NCBI GenBank assembly: GCA_964016885.1
Contig: OZ024757.1
Span: 1,240,001-1,304,000, forward strand
From: Eledone cirrhosa
Lineage: Eukaryota
Direction: 5' to 3'
Length of the DNA stretch: 64,000 nt
In this document: piece after piece, positions 1 through 13,307 of the stretch
How the letters are laid out: the number at the start of each line of letters is the position of its first letter
Numbering within the stretch: the stretch's first letter is position 1
The notes under the pieces: model-generated
The model's input: only the letters and a program-made list of their open reading frames with translations
Database searches by the model: none
What the model was told of the DNA's origin: nothing
Position numbers and translations under genes: made by a program

Positions 1-3000
1 GCAAGACATTTTATTTCATGTTGCTCCAGTCCACTGTGTCCTTGAGCAAGACACTTTATTTCACGTTGCTCCACTCCACTGTGTCCTTAAGCAAGACACT
101 TTATTACACATTGCTCCAGTCCACTGTGTCCTTGAGCAAGACACTTTATTTCACGTTGTTCCAGTCCACTGTGTACTTGAGCAAGACACTTTATTACAGG
201 TTGTTCCAGTCCACTGTGTCCTTGAGCAAGACACTTTATTTCATGTTGCTCCAGTCCACTCTGTCCTTGAGCAAGACACTTTATTTCGCATTACTCCAGT
301 TCACTGTGTCCTTGAGCAAGACACTTTATTTCACATTGCTCCAGTCCACTGTGTCCTTAAGCAAGACACTTTATTTCATGTTGTTCCAGTCCACTGTGTC
401 CTTGAGCAAGACACTTTATTTCACATTGCTCCAGTCCACTGTGTCCTTGAGCAAGACACTTTATTTCATGTTGCTCCAGTCCACTGTCTCCTTGAGCAAG
501 ACACTTTATTTCATGTTGCTCCAGTCCACTGTGTCCTTGAGCAAGACACTTTATTTCACGTTGCTCCACTCCACTGTGTCCTTAAGCAAGACACTTTATT
601 ACACATTGCTCCAGTCCACTGTGTCCTTGAGCAAGACACTTTATTTCACGTTGTTCCAGTCCACTGTGTACTTGAGCAAGACACTTTATTACAGGTTGTT
701 CCAGTCCACTGTGTCCTTGAGCAAGACACTTTATTTCATGTTGCTCCAGTCCACTCTGTCCTTGAGCAAGACACTTTATTTCGCATTACTCCAGTTCACT
801 GTGTCCTTGAGCAAGACACTTTATTTCACATTGCTCCAGTCCACTGTGTCCTTAAGCAAGACACTTTATTTCACATTGCTCCAGTCCTCTGTGTCTCCTT
901 GAGCAAGACACTTTATTTCATGTTGCTCCACTCCACTGTGTCCTTGAGCAAGACACTTTATTTCACATTGCTCCAGTCCACTGTGTCCTTGAGCAAGACA
1001 CTTTATTTCACATTGCTCCAGTTCACTGTGTCCTTGAGCAAGACACTTTATTTCACATTGATCCAGTCCTCTGTGTCTCCTTGAGCAAGACACTTTATTT
1101 CACATTGCTCCAGTTTACTGTGTCCTTAAACAAAACACTTTATTTCACATTTCTCCAATCTATTGTGTCCTTGAGCTAGACACTTTATTTCACGTTGCTC
1201 CAGTCCACTGTGTCCTTGAACAAGACACTTTATTTCAGGTGCTCCAGTCCACTGTGTCCTTGAGCAAGACACTTTATTTCACATTGCTCCAGTCCACTGT
1301 GTCCTTGAGCAAGACACTTTATTTCATGTTGCTCCAGTCTACTGTGTCCTTGAGCAAGACACTTTATTTCATGTTGCTCCAGACCACTGTGTCCTTGAGC
1401 AAGACACTTTATTTCACATTGCTCCAGTCCTCTGTGTCTCCTTGAGCAAGACACTTTATTTCATGTTGCTCCACTCCACCGTGTCCTTGAGCAAGACACT
1501 TTATTTCACATTGCTCCAGTCCACTGTGTCTTGAGCAAGACACTTTATTTCACATTCCTCCAGTTCACTGTGTCCTTGAGCAAGACACTTTATTTCACAT
1601 TGATCCAGTCCTCTGTGTCTCCTTGAGCAAGACACTTTATTTCATGTTGCTCCAGTCCACTGTGTCCTTGAGCAAGACACTTTCTTTCACGTTGCTCCAC
1701 TCCACTGTGTCCTTAAGCAAGACACTTCATTACACATTGCTCCAGTCCACTGTGTCCTTGAGCAAGACACTTTATTTCACATTGCTCCAGTTCACTGTGT
1801 CCTTGAGCAAGACACTTTATTTCACATTGATCCAGTCCTCTGTGTCTCCTTGAGCAAGACACTTTATTTCATGTTGTTCCAGTCCACTGTGTCCTTGAGC
1901 AAGACACTTTATTTCATCTTGCTCCAGTCCACTGTGTCCTTGAGCAAGACACTTTATTTCGCATTGCTCCAGTTCACTGTGTCCTTGAGCAAGACACTTT
2001 ATTCCATGTTGCTCCAGTCCACTGTGTCCTTGAGCAAGACACTTTATTTCGCATTGCTCCAGTCCACTGTGTACTTGAGCAAGACACTTTATTACAGGTT
2101 GTTCCAGTCCACTGTGTCCTTGAGCAGGACACTTTATTTCACATTGCTCCAGTCCACTGTGTCCTTGAGCAAGATACTTTATTTCACATTGCTCCAGTCC
2201 ACTGTGTCCTTGAGCAAGACACTTTATTTCATGTTGTTCCAGTCCACTGTGTCCTTGAGCAAGACACTTTATTTCACATTGCTCCAGTCCACTGTGTCCT
2301 TGAGCAAGACACTTTATTTCATGTTGCTCCAGTCCACTGTCTCCTTGAGCAAGACATTTTATTTCATGTTGCTCCAGTCCACTGTGTCCTTGAGCAAGAC
2401 ACTTTATTTCACGTTGCTCCACTCCACTGTGTCCTTAAGCAAGACACTTTATTACACATTGCTCCAGTCCACTGTGTCCTTGAGCAAGACACTTTATTTC
2501 ACGTTGTTCCAGTCCACTGTGTACTTGAGCAAGACACTTTATTACAGGTTGTTCCAGTCCACTGTGTCCTTGAGCAAGACACTTTATTTCATGTTGCTCC
2601 AGTCCACTCTGTCCTTGAGCAAGACACTTTATTTCGCATTACTCCAGTTCACTGTGTCCTTGAGCAAGACACTTTATTTCACATTGCTCCAGTCCACTGT
2701 GTCCTTAAGCAAGACACTTTATTTCATGTTGTTCCAGTCCACTGTGTCCTTGAGCAAGACACTTTATTTCACATTGCTCCAGTCCACTGTGTCCTTGAGC
2801 AAGACACTTTATTTCATGTTGCTCCAGTCCACTGTCTCCTTGAGCAAGACACTTTATTTCATGTTGCTCCAGTCCACTGTGTCCTTGAGCAAGACACTTT
2901 ATTTCACGTTGCTCCACTCCACTGTGTCCTTAAGCAAGACACTTTATTACACATTGCTCCAGTCCACTGTGTCCTTGAGCAAGACACTTTATTTCACGTT

Positions 3001-6000
3001 GTTCCAGTCCACTGTGTACTTGAGCAAGACACTTTATTACAGGTTGTTCCAGTCCACTGTGTCCTTGAGCAAGACACTTTATTTCATGTTGCTCCAGTCC
3101 ACTCTGTCCTTGAGCAAGACACTTTATTTCGCATTACTCCAGTTCACTGTGTCCTTGAGCAAGACACTTTATTTCACATTGCTCCAGTCCACTGTGTCCT
3201 TAAGCAAGACACTTTATTTCACATTGCTCCAGTCCTCTGTGTCTCCTTGAGCAAGACACTTTATTTCATGTTGCTCCACTCCACTGTGTCCTTGAGCAAG
3301 ACACTTTATTTCACATTGCTCCAGTCCACTGTGTCCTTGAGCAAGACACTTTATTTCACATTGCTCCAGTTCACTGTGTCCTTGAGCAAGACACTTTATT
3401 TCACATTGATCCAGTCCTCTGTGTCTCCTTGAGCAAGACACTTTATTTCACATTGCTCCAGTTTACTGTGTCCTTAAACAAAACACTTTATTTCACATTT
3501 CTCCAATCTATTGTGTCCTTGAGCTAGACACTTTATTTCACGTTGCTCCAGTCCACTGTGTCCTTGAACAAGACACTTTATTTCAGGTGCTCCAGTCCAC
3601 TGTGTCCTTGAGCAAGACACTTTATTTCACATTGCTCCAGTCCACTGTGTCCTTGAGCAAGACACTTTATTTCATGTTGCTCCAGTCTACTGTGTCCTTG
3701 AGCAAGACACTTTATTTCATGTTGCTCCAGACCACTGTGTCCTTGAGCAAGACACTTTATTTCACATTGCTCCAGTCCTCTGTGTCTCCTTGAGCAAGAC
3801 ACTTTATTTCATGTTGCTCCACTCCACCGTGTCCTTGAGCAAGACACTTTATTTCACATTGCTCCAGTCCACTGTGTCTTGAGCAAGACACTTTATTTCA
3901 CATTGCTCCAGTTCACTGTGTCCTTGAGCAAGACACTTTATTTCACATTGATCCAGTCCTCTGTGTCTCCTTGAGCAAGACACTTTATTACACATTGCTC
4001 CAGTCCACTGTGTCCTTGAGCAAGACACTTTATTTCACGTTGTTCCAGTCCACTGTGTACTTGAGCAAGACACTTTATTACAGGTTGTTCCAGTCCACTG
4101 TGTCCTTGAGCAAGACACTTTATTTCATGTTGCTCCAGTCCACTCTGTCCTTGAGCAAGACACTTTATTTCGCATTACTCCAGTTCACTGTGTCCTTGAG
4201 CAAGACACTTTATTTCACATTGCTCCAGTCCACTGTGTCCTTAAGCAAGACACTTTATTTCATGTTGTTCCAGTCCACTGTGTCCTTGAGCAAGACACTT
4301 TATTTCATCTTGCTCCAGTCCACTGTGTCCTTGAGCAAGACACTTTATTTCGCATTGCTCCAGTTCACTGTGTCCTTGAGCAAGACACTTTATTCCATGT
4401 TGCTCCAGTCCACTGTGTCCTTGAGCAAGACACTTTATTTCGCATTGCTCCAGTCCACTGTGTACTTGAGCAAGACACTTTATTACAGGTTGTTCCAGTC
4501 CACTGTGTCCTTGAGCAAGACACTTTATTTCATGTTGCTCCAGTCCACTCTGTCCTTGAGCAGGACACTTTATTTCGCATTGCTCCAGTTCACTGTGTCC
4601 TTGAGCAAGACACTTTATTTCACATTGCTCCAGTTTACTGTGTCCTTAAACAAAACACTTTATTTCACATTTCTCCAATCTATTGTGTCCTTGAGCTAGA
4701 CACTTTATTTCAGGTTGCTCCAGTCCACTGTGTCCTTGAACAAGACACTTTATTTCAGGTTGCTCCAGTCCACTGTGTCCTTGAGCAAGACACTTTATTT
4801 CACATTGCTCCAGTCCACTGTGTCCTTGAGCAAGATACTTTATTTCACATTGCTCCAGTCCACTGTGTCCTTGAGCAAGACACTTTATTTTATGTTGCTC
4901 CAGTCCACTGTGTCCTTGAGCAAGATACTTTATTTCATGTTGCTCCAGTCCACTGTGTCCTTGAGCAAGACACTTTATTTCACGTTGCTCCACTCCACTG
5001 TGTCCTTAAGCAAGACACTTTATTACACATTGCTCCAGTCCACTGTGTCCTTGAGCAAGACACTTTATTTCACGTTGTTCCAGTCCACTGTGTACTTGAG
5101 CAAGACACTTTATTACAGGTTGTTCCAGTCCACTGTGTCCTTGAGCAAGACACTTTATTTCATGTTGCTCCAGTCCACTCTGTCCTTGAGCAAGACACTT
5201 TATTTCGCATTGCTCCAGTTCACTGTGTCCTTGAGCAAGACACTTTATTTCACATTGCTCCAGTCCACTGTGTCCTTAAGCAAGACACTTTATTTCACAT
5301 TGCTCCAGTCCTCTGTGTCTCCTTGAGCAAGACACTTTATTTCATGTTGCTCCACTCCACTGTGTCCTTGAGCAAGACACTTTATTTCACATTGCTCCAG
5401 TCCACTGTGTCCTTGAGCAAGACACTTTATTTCACATTGCTCCAGTTCACTGTGTCCTTGAGCAAGACACTTTATTTCACATTGATCCAGTCCTCTGTGT
5501 CTCCTTGAGCAAGACACTTTATTTCATGTTGCTCCAGTCCACTGTGTCCTTGAGCAAGACACTTTATTTCAGGTTGCTCCAGTCCACTGTGTCCTTGAGC
5601 AAGACACTTTATTTCACGTTGCTCCACTCCACTGTGTCCTTAAGCAAGACACTTTATTACACATTGCTCCAGTCCACTGTGTCCTTGAGCAAGACACTTT
5701 ATTTCACGTTGTTCCAGTCCACTGTGTACTTGAGCAAGACACTTTATTACAGGTTGTTCCAGTCCACTGTGTCCTTGAGCAAGACACTTTATTTCATGTT
5801 GCTCCAGTCCACTCTGTCCTTGAGCAAGACACTTTATTTCGCATTGCTCCAGTTCACTGTGTCCTTGAGCAAGACACTTTATTTCACATTGCTCCAGTCC
5901 ACTGTGTCCTTAAGCAAGACACTTTATTTCACATTGCTCCAGACCACTGTGTCCTTGACCAAGACACTTTATTTCACATTGCTCGAGTCCTCTGTGTCTC

Positions 6001-6262
6001 CTTGAGCAAGACACTTTATTTCATGTTGCTCCAGTCCACTGTGTCCTTGAGCAAGACACTTTATTTCACATTACTCCAGTCCTCTGTGTCTCCTTGAGCA
6101 AGACACTTTATTTCATGTTGCTCCAGTCCACTGTGTCCTTGAGCAAGACACTTTATTTCACATTGCTCCAGTTCACTGTGTCCTTGAGCAAGACACTTTA
6201 TTTCACATTGCTCCAGTCCTCTGTGTCTCCTTGAGCAAGACACTTTATTTCACGTTGCTCCA
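1..6262 (+). repeat. 45-bp tandem satellite (about 139 units, runs off the window start), consensus GTGTCCTTGAGCAAGACACTTTATTTCACATTGCTCCAGTCCACT
   Basis: Direct periodicity. The 15-aa repeating ORFs are by-products. The unit matches the core of SINE copies at 21885-21925 and 52298-52345. Confidence 0.98.
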
Positions 6263-6516
6263 ATCCCGGTTAAAATGAAGAATGTGTTTTACATGTTGTA
6301 ACTCAACTGGAACACTGACCTTCTCAAATCATGGAGACACGACAACAACAACAACTTCTTATATAAGCCATTGTTATATAATTTTGTTGTTATGTCACGT
6401 TAAGACCTAAATGTCCAGAAATGCTGTAATCACCAGAAATGGGTGACATATCCTGTCTTTTAATCTGGGTTTCCCTTCTCACCATGGAAATGGTAATTAT
6501 TTTGTCACTTCTTTTC

Positions 6517-6543
6517 TATATATATATACACATATATATATGA

Positions 6544-6619
<76 letters not shown>

Positions 6620-6686
6620 GTATATATGTGAATATATATATATATATGTATATGTATATATATATACACATATATATATATATGAA

Positions 6687-6746
<60 letters not shown>

Positions 6747-6864
6747 CATATATATATACATATATATATATACATATATATATACATTTATATATATATA
6801 CATATATATATACATATATATATACATATATATATATATATACATATATATATAAATATATACT

Positions 6865-6922
<58 letters not shown>

Positions 6923-6950
6923 CATACACGTATATATATATATATATATG
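6517..6950. repeat. (TA)n microsatellite, representative of many such tracts (e.g. 12964-13308, 16623-16740, 21585-21801, 51580-52235, 63280-64000)
   Basis: Direct. Source of all the YI/CV-repeat ORFs. Confidence 0.99.
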
Positions 6951-7270
6951 TGAAAAAATGGGGAGAAAAATACTGCTGGTAGCACATGGATAACATGTAA
7001 TAAAATAAGTCCCTCATCAGTGATTTGCTGACGATCATAGATATTTCATTGCATTAAAAATCATATACCTCACGTCGGTGCAATAATAACTAAATTAAGT
7101 TATTAGGACAATTAAAACGCGTAAAGCGAGTGAGACAAGATAACAACAAAGAGGAGAGCTAACCGTAGAAGGAAGGAAACAAGCTTCATAGTTATTCTGT
7201 TAGCATAAGCTAGGTGAATATATGAGCGCTTAGAAAAAAGACCTTTCGTGAACGAATCCAATGTGAGAAA
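6950..7270. mobile_element. Unclassified interspersed repeat abutting (TA)n; diverged inverted copy at about 54630-54945
   Basis: GTGAAAAAATGGGGAGAA...TAGAAAAAAGACCTTTCG is the reverse complement of 54647-54945 with scattered substitutions. Confidence 0.8.
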
Positions 7271-7369
7271 GAGAGAAATTGTTTTCATCGCGAACGGGGT
7301 GAAGTGAAAGGAGGAGAAACAGTGAGTGAGTGAGTGAGTGGAAGTGTGAGATATATATGTATATAGGCA

Positions 7370-8762
7370 AACATCTTAGTTATGAGCTTTTCTGGGTGGG
7401 TAATGATGATGGGTTAGGTGGGATGGGCATATTACTGGCTGAGAGATGGATCAATAAGACAATAGAGGTAGTTAGAGTTAGTGATAGAATAATTAAGCTT
7501 AGATTAGTTGTAGCCAAGAGACTACTGACAATCATCTCTGCCTATGCTCCCCAAGCAGGCCTAGGTAAAGAAGAGAAAGACTGCTTTTACGAGCAACTTT
7601 TACTAACAGCCTCAATGACAGAGGACAGAGACATCGTTATGCTAGCAAGGGACTTCAATGGACATGTTGGACAGCTCCAGGTTGGATACACTTGAGTACA
7701 TGGTCGGCACGGTTACGGCTCAAGAAATGAAGAAGGAGTGAGGCTTCTTGAATTTTGTGATGCAAATGCACTAACCATTTGCAGAACTAACTTCCAGAAG
7801 CCTACCAACCTCGTAATAACCTACAAATCAGGCGAGCACATAAGCCAGATTGACTTCTTACTAGTTAGGCAGTGGGACAGGCAGATAGTGTCTAATACCA
7901 AGGCATACCCTGGGGAAGAATGTACCCCACAGCATAGGTTAGTCATTAGTGATATCTCAGTAAGCAAGAGATGGAATGAGACATACAGGAAGGTGTGGAA
8001 AAGAAAGGTCTGGAAGCTAGAAGACCTTTCATTAAAATATAAATTTAGCAAAGCCCTTCAAGATGTATACGACGAAAAAGAAGACGATTTAGAGTTGTAT
8101 GACATAGATGATAACTGGAATTTCTTGCGTGACAACATACTGCAAGCTACTGAAGAAACTTATGGTTAGGGCAGAGCTTCAATCAGACAGAGAGTGCCAT
8201 TAGAGACAAAAGATAGCATGGAAGGCTTGGAAAAATGGTTAGAGTAGGGAAGGATACACAGCCGCTAAGAGAGAAGCTAGACGTCAGGTGTACTTAGCAC
8301 GCAGGAAGGCTGAGAGTAGGAGGTTTGCCAAAGTTTTGCGACGGGAAGATCAGAGGCGTGCGGTGTTCCGCATTGCAGGGCAGTGTGTCAATGCAAATCA
8401 GGATGTTGTTGGAGATAAGAGAGTCCGGAATGATGCCGGTGTACTTAGTGTCACGAATGATAAAAAAAAAGGAGGCCTGCAATGTCACAATGAGAGACTG
8501 ATGAATGTGGAGAATGAATGGGACTGAGAGAAATTACTCCCAGTAGACCCAACAGAGAGACCAGCTATTGAGATTGACGAATATAGGGTACAAGAGGCAA
8601 TTAAAGAAATGAAGAATGGTAAGGCTGCTGGACCCTCGGGAATAGTTGCTGAGATGCTTAAGGTGAAGTAGGCATTAAACTGTTTGCACACATCGTCAAT
8701 CAAGCTATATATGGTGGTGTCATACTGGTGCAGCAGTATTCTCATAAATTGCTACAAAGGTA
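7370..8762 (+). pseudogene. Degraded RTE-clade LINE fragment (APE endonuclease to start of RT)
   Basis: [42 protein letters not shown]; collinear with the RTE ORF at 13611-16622; contains stops and frameshifts. Confidence 0.92.
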
Positions 8763-9863
8763 ATGAAAGGGTTAAATACACCAGGAGTGTCTTTCATTAG
8801 TAATATGGTAATGAAAGAGTTAATGACATAGACAGTGTCTTTCATTAGAAATATGGTAATGGAAGTAGTATTATAAAATTACTAATGAAGGACACTGTCT
8901 ATGTCATTAACCCTTTCATTAGCATATTTCTAATGAAAGACACTACCTATGTCATTAACCCTTTCATTCCCATATTTCTAATGTAAGACACTGTCTATGT
9001 CATTAACCTTTTCATTATCATAGACATATGGTAATGAAAAGGTTAAAGACATAGACAGTGTCCTTCATTAGTAACATGGTAATGAAAGGGTTAATGATAT
9101 AGGTAGTGTCTTTCATTAGTAATATGGTAATGAAAGGGTTAATGATATAGGTAGTGTCTTTCATTAGTAATATGGTAATGAAAGGGTTAATGACATAGAC
9201 AGTGTCTTTCATTAGTAATATGGTAATGAAAGGGTTAATGACATAGACAGTGTCTTTCATTAGAAATATGGCAATGAAAGGGTTAATGACATAGACAGTG
9301 TCTTTCATTAGAAATATGGTAATGAAAGGGTTAATGACATGGACAGTGTCTTTCATTAGAAATATGGTAATGAAAGGGTTAATGACATAGACAGTGTCCT
9401 TCATTAGTAATATAGTAATGAAAGGGTTAATGACATAGACAGTGTCTTTCATTAGTAATATGGTAATAAAAGGGTTAATGACATAGACAGTGTCTTTCAT
9501 TAGAAATATGGTAATGAAAGGGCTAAAGACTGAGACAGTGTCTTTCATTAGAAATATGGTAATGAAAGGGTTAATGACATAGACAGTGTCCTTCATTAGA
9601 AATATGGTAATGAAAGGGTTAAAGACTGAGACAGTGTCTTTCATTAGAAATATGGTAATGAAAGGGTTAATGACATAGACAGTGTCTTTCATTAGAAATA
9701 TGGTAATGAAAGGGTTAATGACATAGACAGTGTCTTTCATTAGAAATATGGTAATGAAAGGGTTAATGACATAGACAGTGTCTTTCATTAGAAATATGGT
9801 AATGAAAGGGTTAATGACATAGACAGTGTCTTTCATTAGAAATATGGTAATGAAAGGGTTAAG
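8761..9863. repeat. 48-bp minisatellite (AATATGGTAATGAAAGGGTTAATGACATAGACAGTGTCTTTCATTAGA) with an internal inverted block at about 8875-9020
   Basis: Direct periodicity. The 16-aa repeat ORF 9018-10085 is an artefact. Confidence 0.95.
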
Positions 9864-10579
9864 TTCTGAGTCAGTGTCAGGAGATGGGGTTAGATATATA
9901 TTTGAAAAGATATTGCAGTTTGTTCGTTGACATTTGCTGTCTGAAACAATGTAAAGTTCTTCCCAAACATTGTTGGTCTTACACGTAGTAAACCTGAACT
10001 GGAAAGACAATACAAATGTTTGCATAACAGAGCTAACTATCATTAGAGTCTGTTTACAAATATTATGTGCTGTATGGCCTTCCATAGAATGACGTCATTA
10101 AGCTAGGTTATTGATCACATGTAAATATCCTGATGGAGTTATTCCAACATGTGTGTGAGTGGGGGGGGGAGGTGGGTCGTAGCTGGAATGTTTTTTATCT
10201 TTGATCATAGTCTCATCACTAACAGCTGACCTAGGGCTAAACAACAACAACAGTAACAACAATATACCAGTGAAGTTAGTGTGATCTAGGAGGGGATGGG
10301 TCTAACTGGGGTGTCTTTTAACTTTGCCCATAGCTGACCTTACTGACCTTACGGCTAAACAAGTGAATTTATTCCAATATAACTTATTATTTATCTGGTG
10401 TTTGGAACATAACTTAATAAAGGTTCTTTCATAAAATTACAACGGAATATTTTTAGATAAATATAAACACTTTAACCCTTTTGCTACCAGATTTCTAATG
10501 GAACATAACTTAATATAGGTTCATACATAAAATTATGATGGAAGATTGTTAGATAAATATAAACACTTTAACCTTTGTT

Positions 10580-11380
10580 AAATGTAGTGTCATGAACTAT
10601 GTTAATATATAAAGTAGATGTGGTCCAAACTCTACAATGTAGTGTCATAGACTGTGGTAATATATAAAGTAGATGTGGTCCAAACTCTACAATGTAGTGT
10701 CATAGACTATGGTAATATATAAAGTAGATGTGGTCCAAACTCTACAATGTAGTGTCATAGACTGTGGTAATATATAAAGTAGATGTGGTCCAAACTCTAC
10801 AATGTAGTGTCATAGACTGTGGTAATATATAAAGTAGATGTGGTCCAAACTCTACAATGTAGTGTCATAGACTGTTGTCCAAACTCTACAATGTAGTCTC
10901 ATAGACTATGGTAATATATAAAGTAGATGTGGTCTAAACTCTACAATGTAGTGTCATAGACTGTGGTAATATATAAAGTAGATGTGGTCCAAACTCTACA
11001 ATGTAGTCTCATAGACTGTGGTAATATATAAAGTAGATGTGGTCTAAACTCTACAATGTAGTGTCATAGACTATGGTAATATATAAAGTAGATGTGGTCC
11101 AAACTCTACAATGTAGTCTCATAGACTGTGGTAATATATAAAGTAGATGTGGTCCAAACTCTACAATGTAGTGTCATAAACTATGGTAATATATAAAGTA
11201 GATGTGGTCCAAACTCTACAATGTAGTCTCATAGACTATGGTAATATATAAAGTAGATGTGGTCTAAACTCTACAATGTAGTGTCATAGACTATGGTAAT
11301 ATATAAAGTAGTTGTGGTCCAAACTCTACAATGTAGTGTCATAAACTATGGCATATATAAAGTAGGTGTGGTCCAAACTC
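10580..11380. repeat. 55-bp minisatellite (AATGTAGTGTCATAGACTGTGGTAATATATAAAGTAGATGTGGTCCAAACTCTAC), about 14 units
   Basis: Direct periodicity (10636, 10691, 10746...). Confidence 0.95.
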
Positions 11381-11381
11381 T

Positions 11382-11650
11382 TGTGGCCTATTGGTAAGAG
11401 TGTTGGACTTAAGATCATAATGTCGTGGGTTCGATTACTGGGTTGTGTGCTGTGTTTTGAGGGAAACAAAACACTTCATTTCACGTTACTCCAGTATACT
11501 CAGCTGAAGTGAGTACCAGCAATACCTGGGAGTTTAACCTTGCGATGGACTGGCGCCCTGTCCAGGGCCGAGTTATGTATTTTCAGTCACTTCACACGAT
11601 AGAAACCGGAATAAGCACCGGCCTAACGAGTCTCCTGGGTGAGACAGTCT
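11382..11650 (+). mobile_element. tRNA-derived SINE with a CORE-like central domain
   Basis: A box TGGCCTATTGG, B box GGTTCGATTAC, core ACACTTCATTTCACGTTACTCCAG, then GCGATGGACTGGCGCCCTGTCCAGGG. Sibling at 52238-52495. Confidence 0.85.
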
Positions 11651-11949
11651 GGGTGAGACTGAGAGAGAAACTGGAAATACCGTGTGACAAGACTAAGAAA
11701 GTGAACCAGAACAAATTAATGAAACTCCTCCAAAGGCGTGGGATCTCTTAGCAAAATTGGACAACAATGGTTTCATTATCATTTTATTATTACTGTTATT
11801 TGAAACTTCTTTTGAATCTGTTTCTTTACCAAACCACGCCAAGTGTCAAGCTGACACCTGAGGTAATATTTCATAATACACATATTTTACAATCACAAGT
11901 GAATAAGAGCCATGAAACCCAAGTAAGACAATGATGATGATTATGATCC

Positions 11950-12186
11950 ATAAATGCTAATGACTAATTTCTCATAGCTGAATGTTCAGTAGAATGAGTA
12001 CCACAAGAGACCAACATCAGCCTTTGTGAGGTTCTTAAGTTGATAAAGCCCTTCTCAGGACATGGACAGTAGCAGTCAATATTATATTTCTGTATCTCTT
12101 GGAGAGATGACTTTCCAGGTATCCGGTCCAAATATTTTCCAGTTCCCTTTTTATCATTCCAAGTGCACGAAATATCACTGGTATTG
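11950..12186 (-). pseudogene. 3' fragment of an R4/Dong-like (RLE-type) non-LTR retrotransposon
   Basis: Frameshifted peptide IPVIFRALGMIK/KGTGKYLDRIPGKSSLQEIQK/IILTATVHVLRRALS resembles the R4/Dong C-terminus. Confidence 0.7.
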
Positions 12187-12367
12187 TACACACACACGCA
12201 CACAGTTGTCTAGACACACACACACACACACACACACAGAGTTAACTAGACACACACACACAGACAAACACACACACACACACTAACACACACACACATA
12301 CACACACACACTGACACATATACACACACACATGTATGCTTGAAACAAAATAAAGACAATTATATAT

Positions 12368-13306
<939 letters not shown>

Positions 13307-13307
13307 A

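Noticed and set aside
18-6243. Long ORFs (up to 466 aa) in the 45-bp array
   Set aside because: They are translations of a stop-free frame of a SINE-derived satellite, broken by 44- and 46-bp monomers, with no protein features.
1-6262. CRISPR-like array
   Set aside because: There are no unique spacers and no cas genes, and the context is eukaryotic.
6497-7038. YI/CV/HT-rich ORFs here and throughout the window
   Set aside because: They are microsatellite translations.
9868-10020. Splice-acceptor-like pyrimidine tracts on the minus strand
   Set aside because: The implied intron is only about 42 nt and gives no recognisable peptide; transcript data would be needed.
11382-11445. tRNA genes at SINE heads
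   Set aside because: A/B boxes are present but there is no complete cloverleaf, and each is followed by a SINE core.
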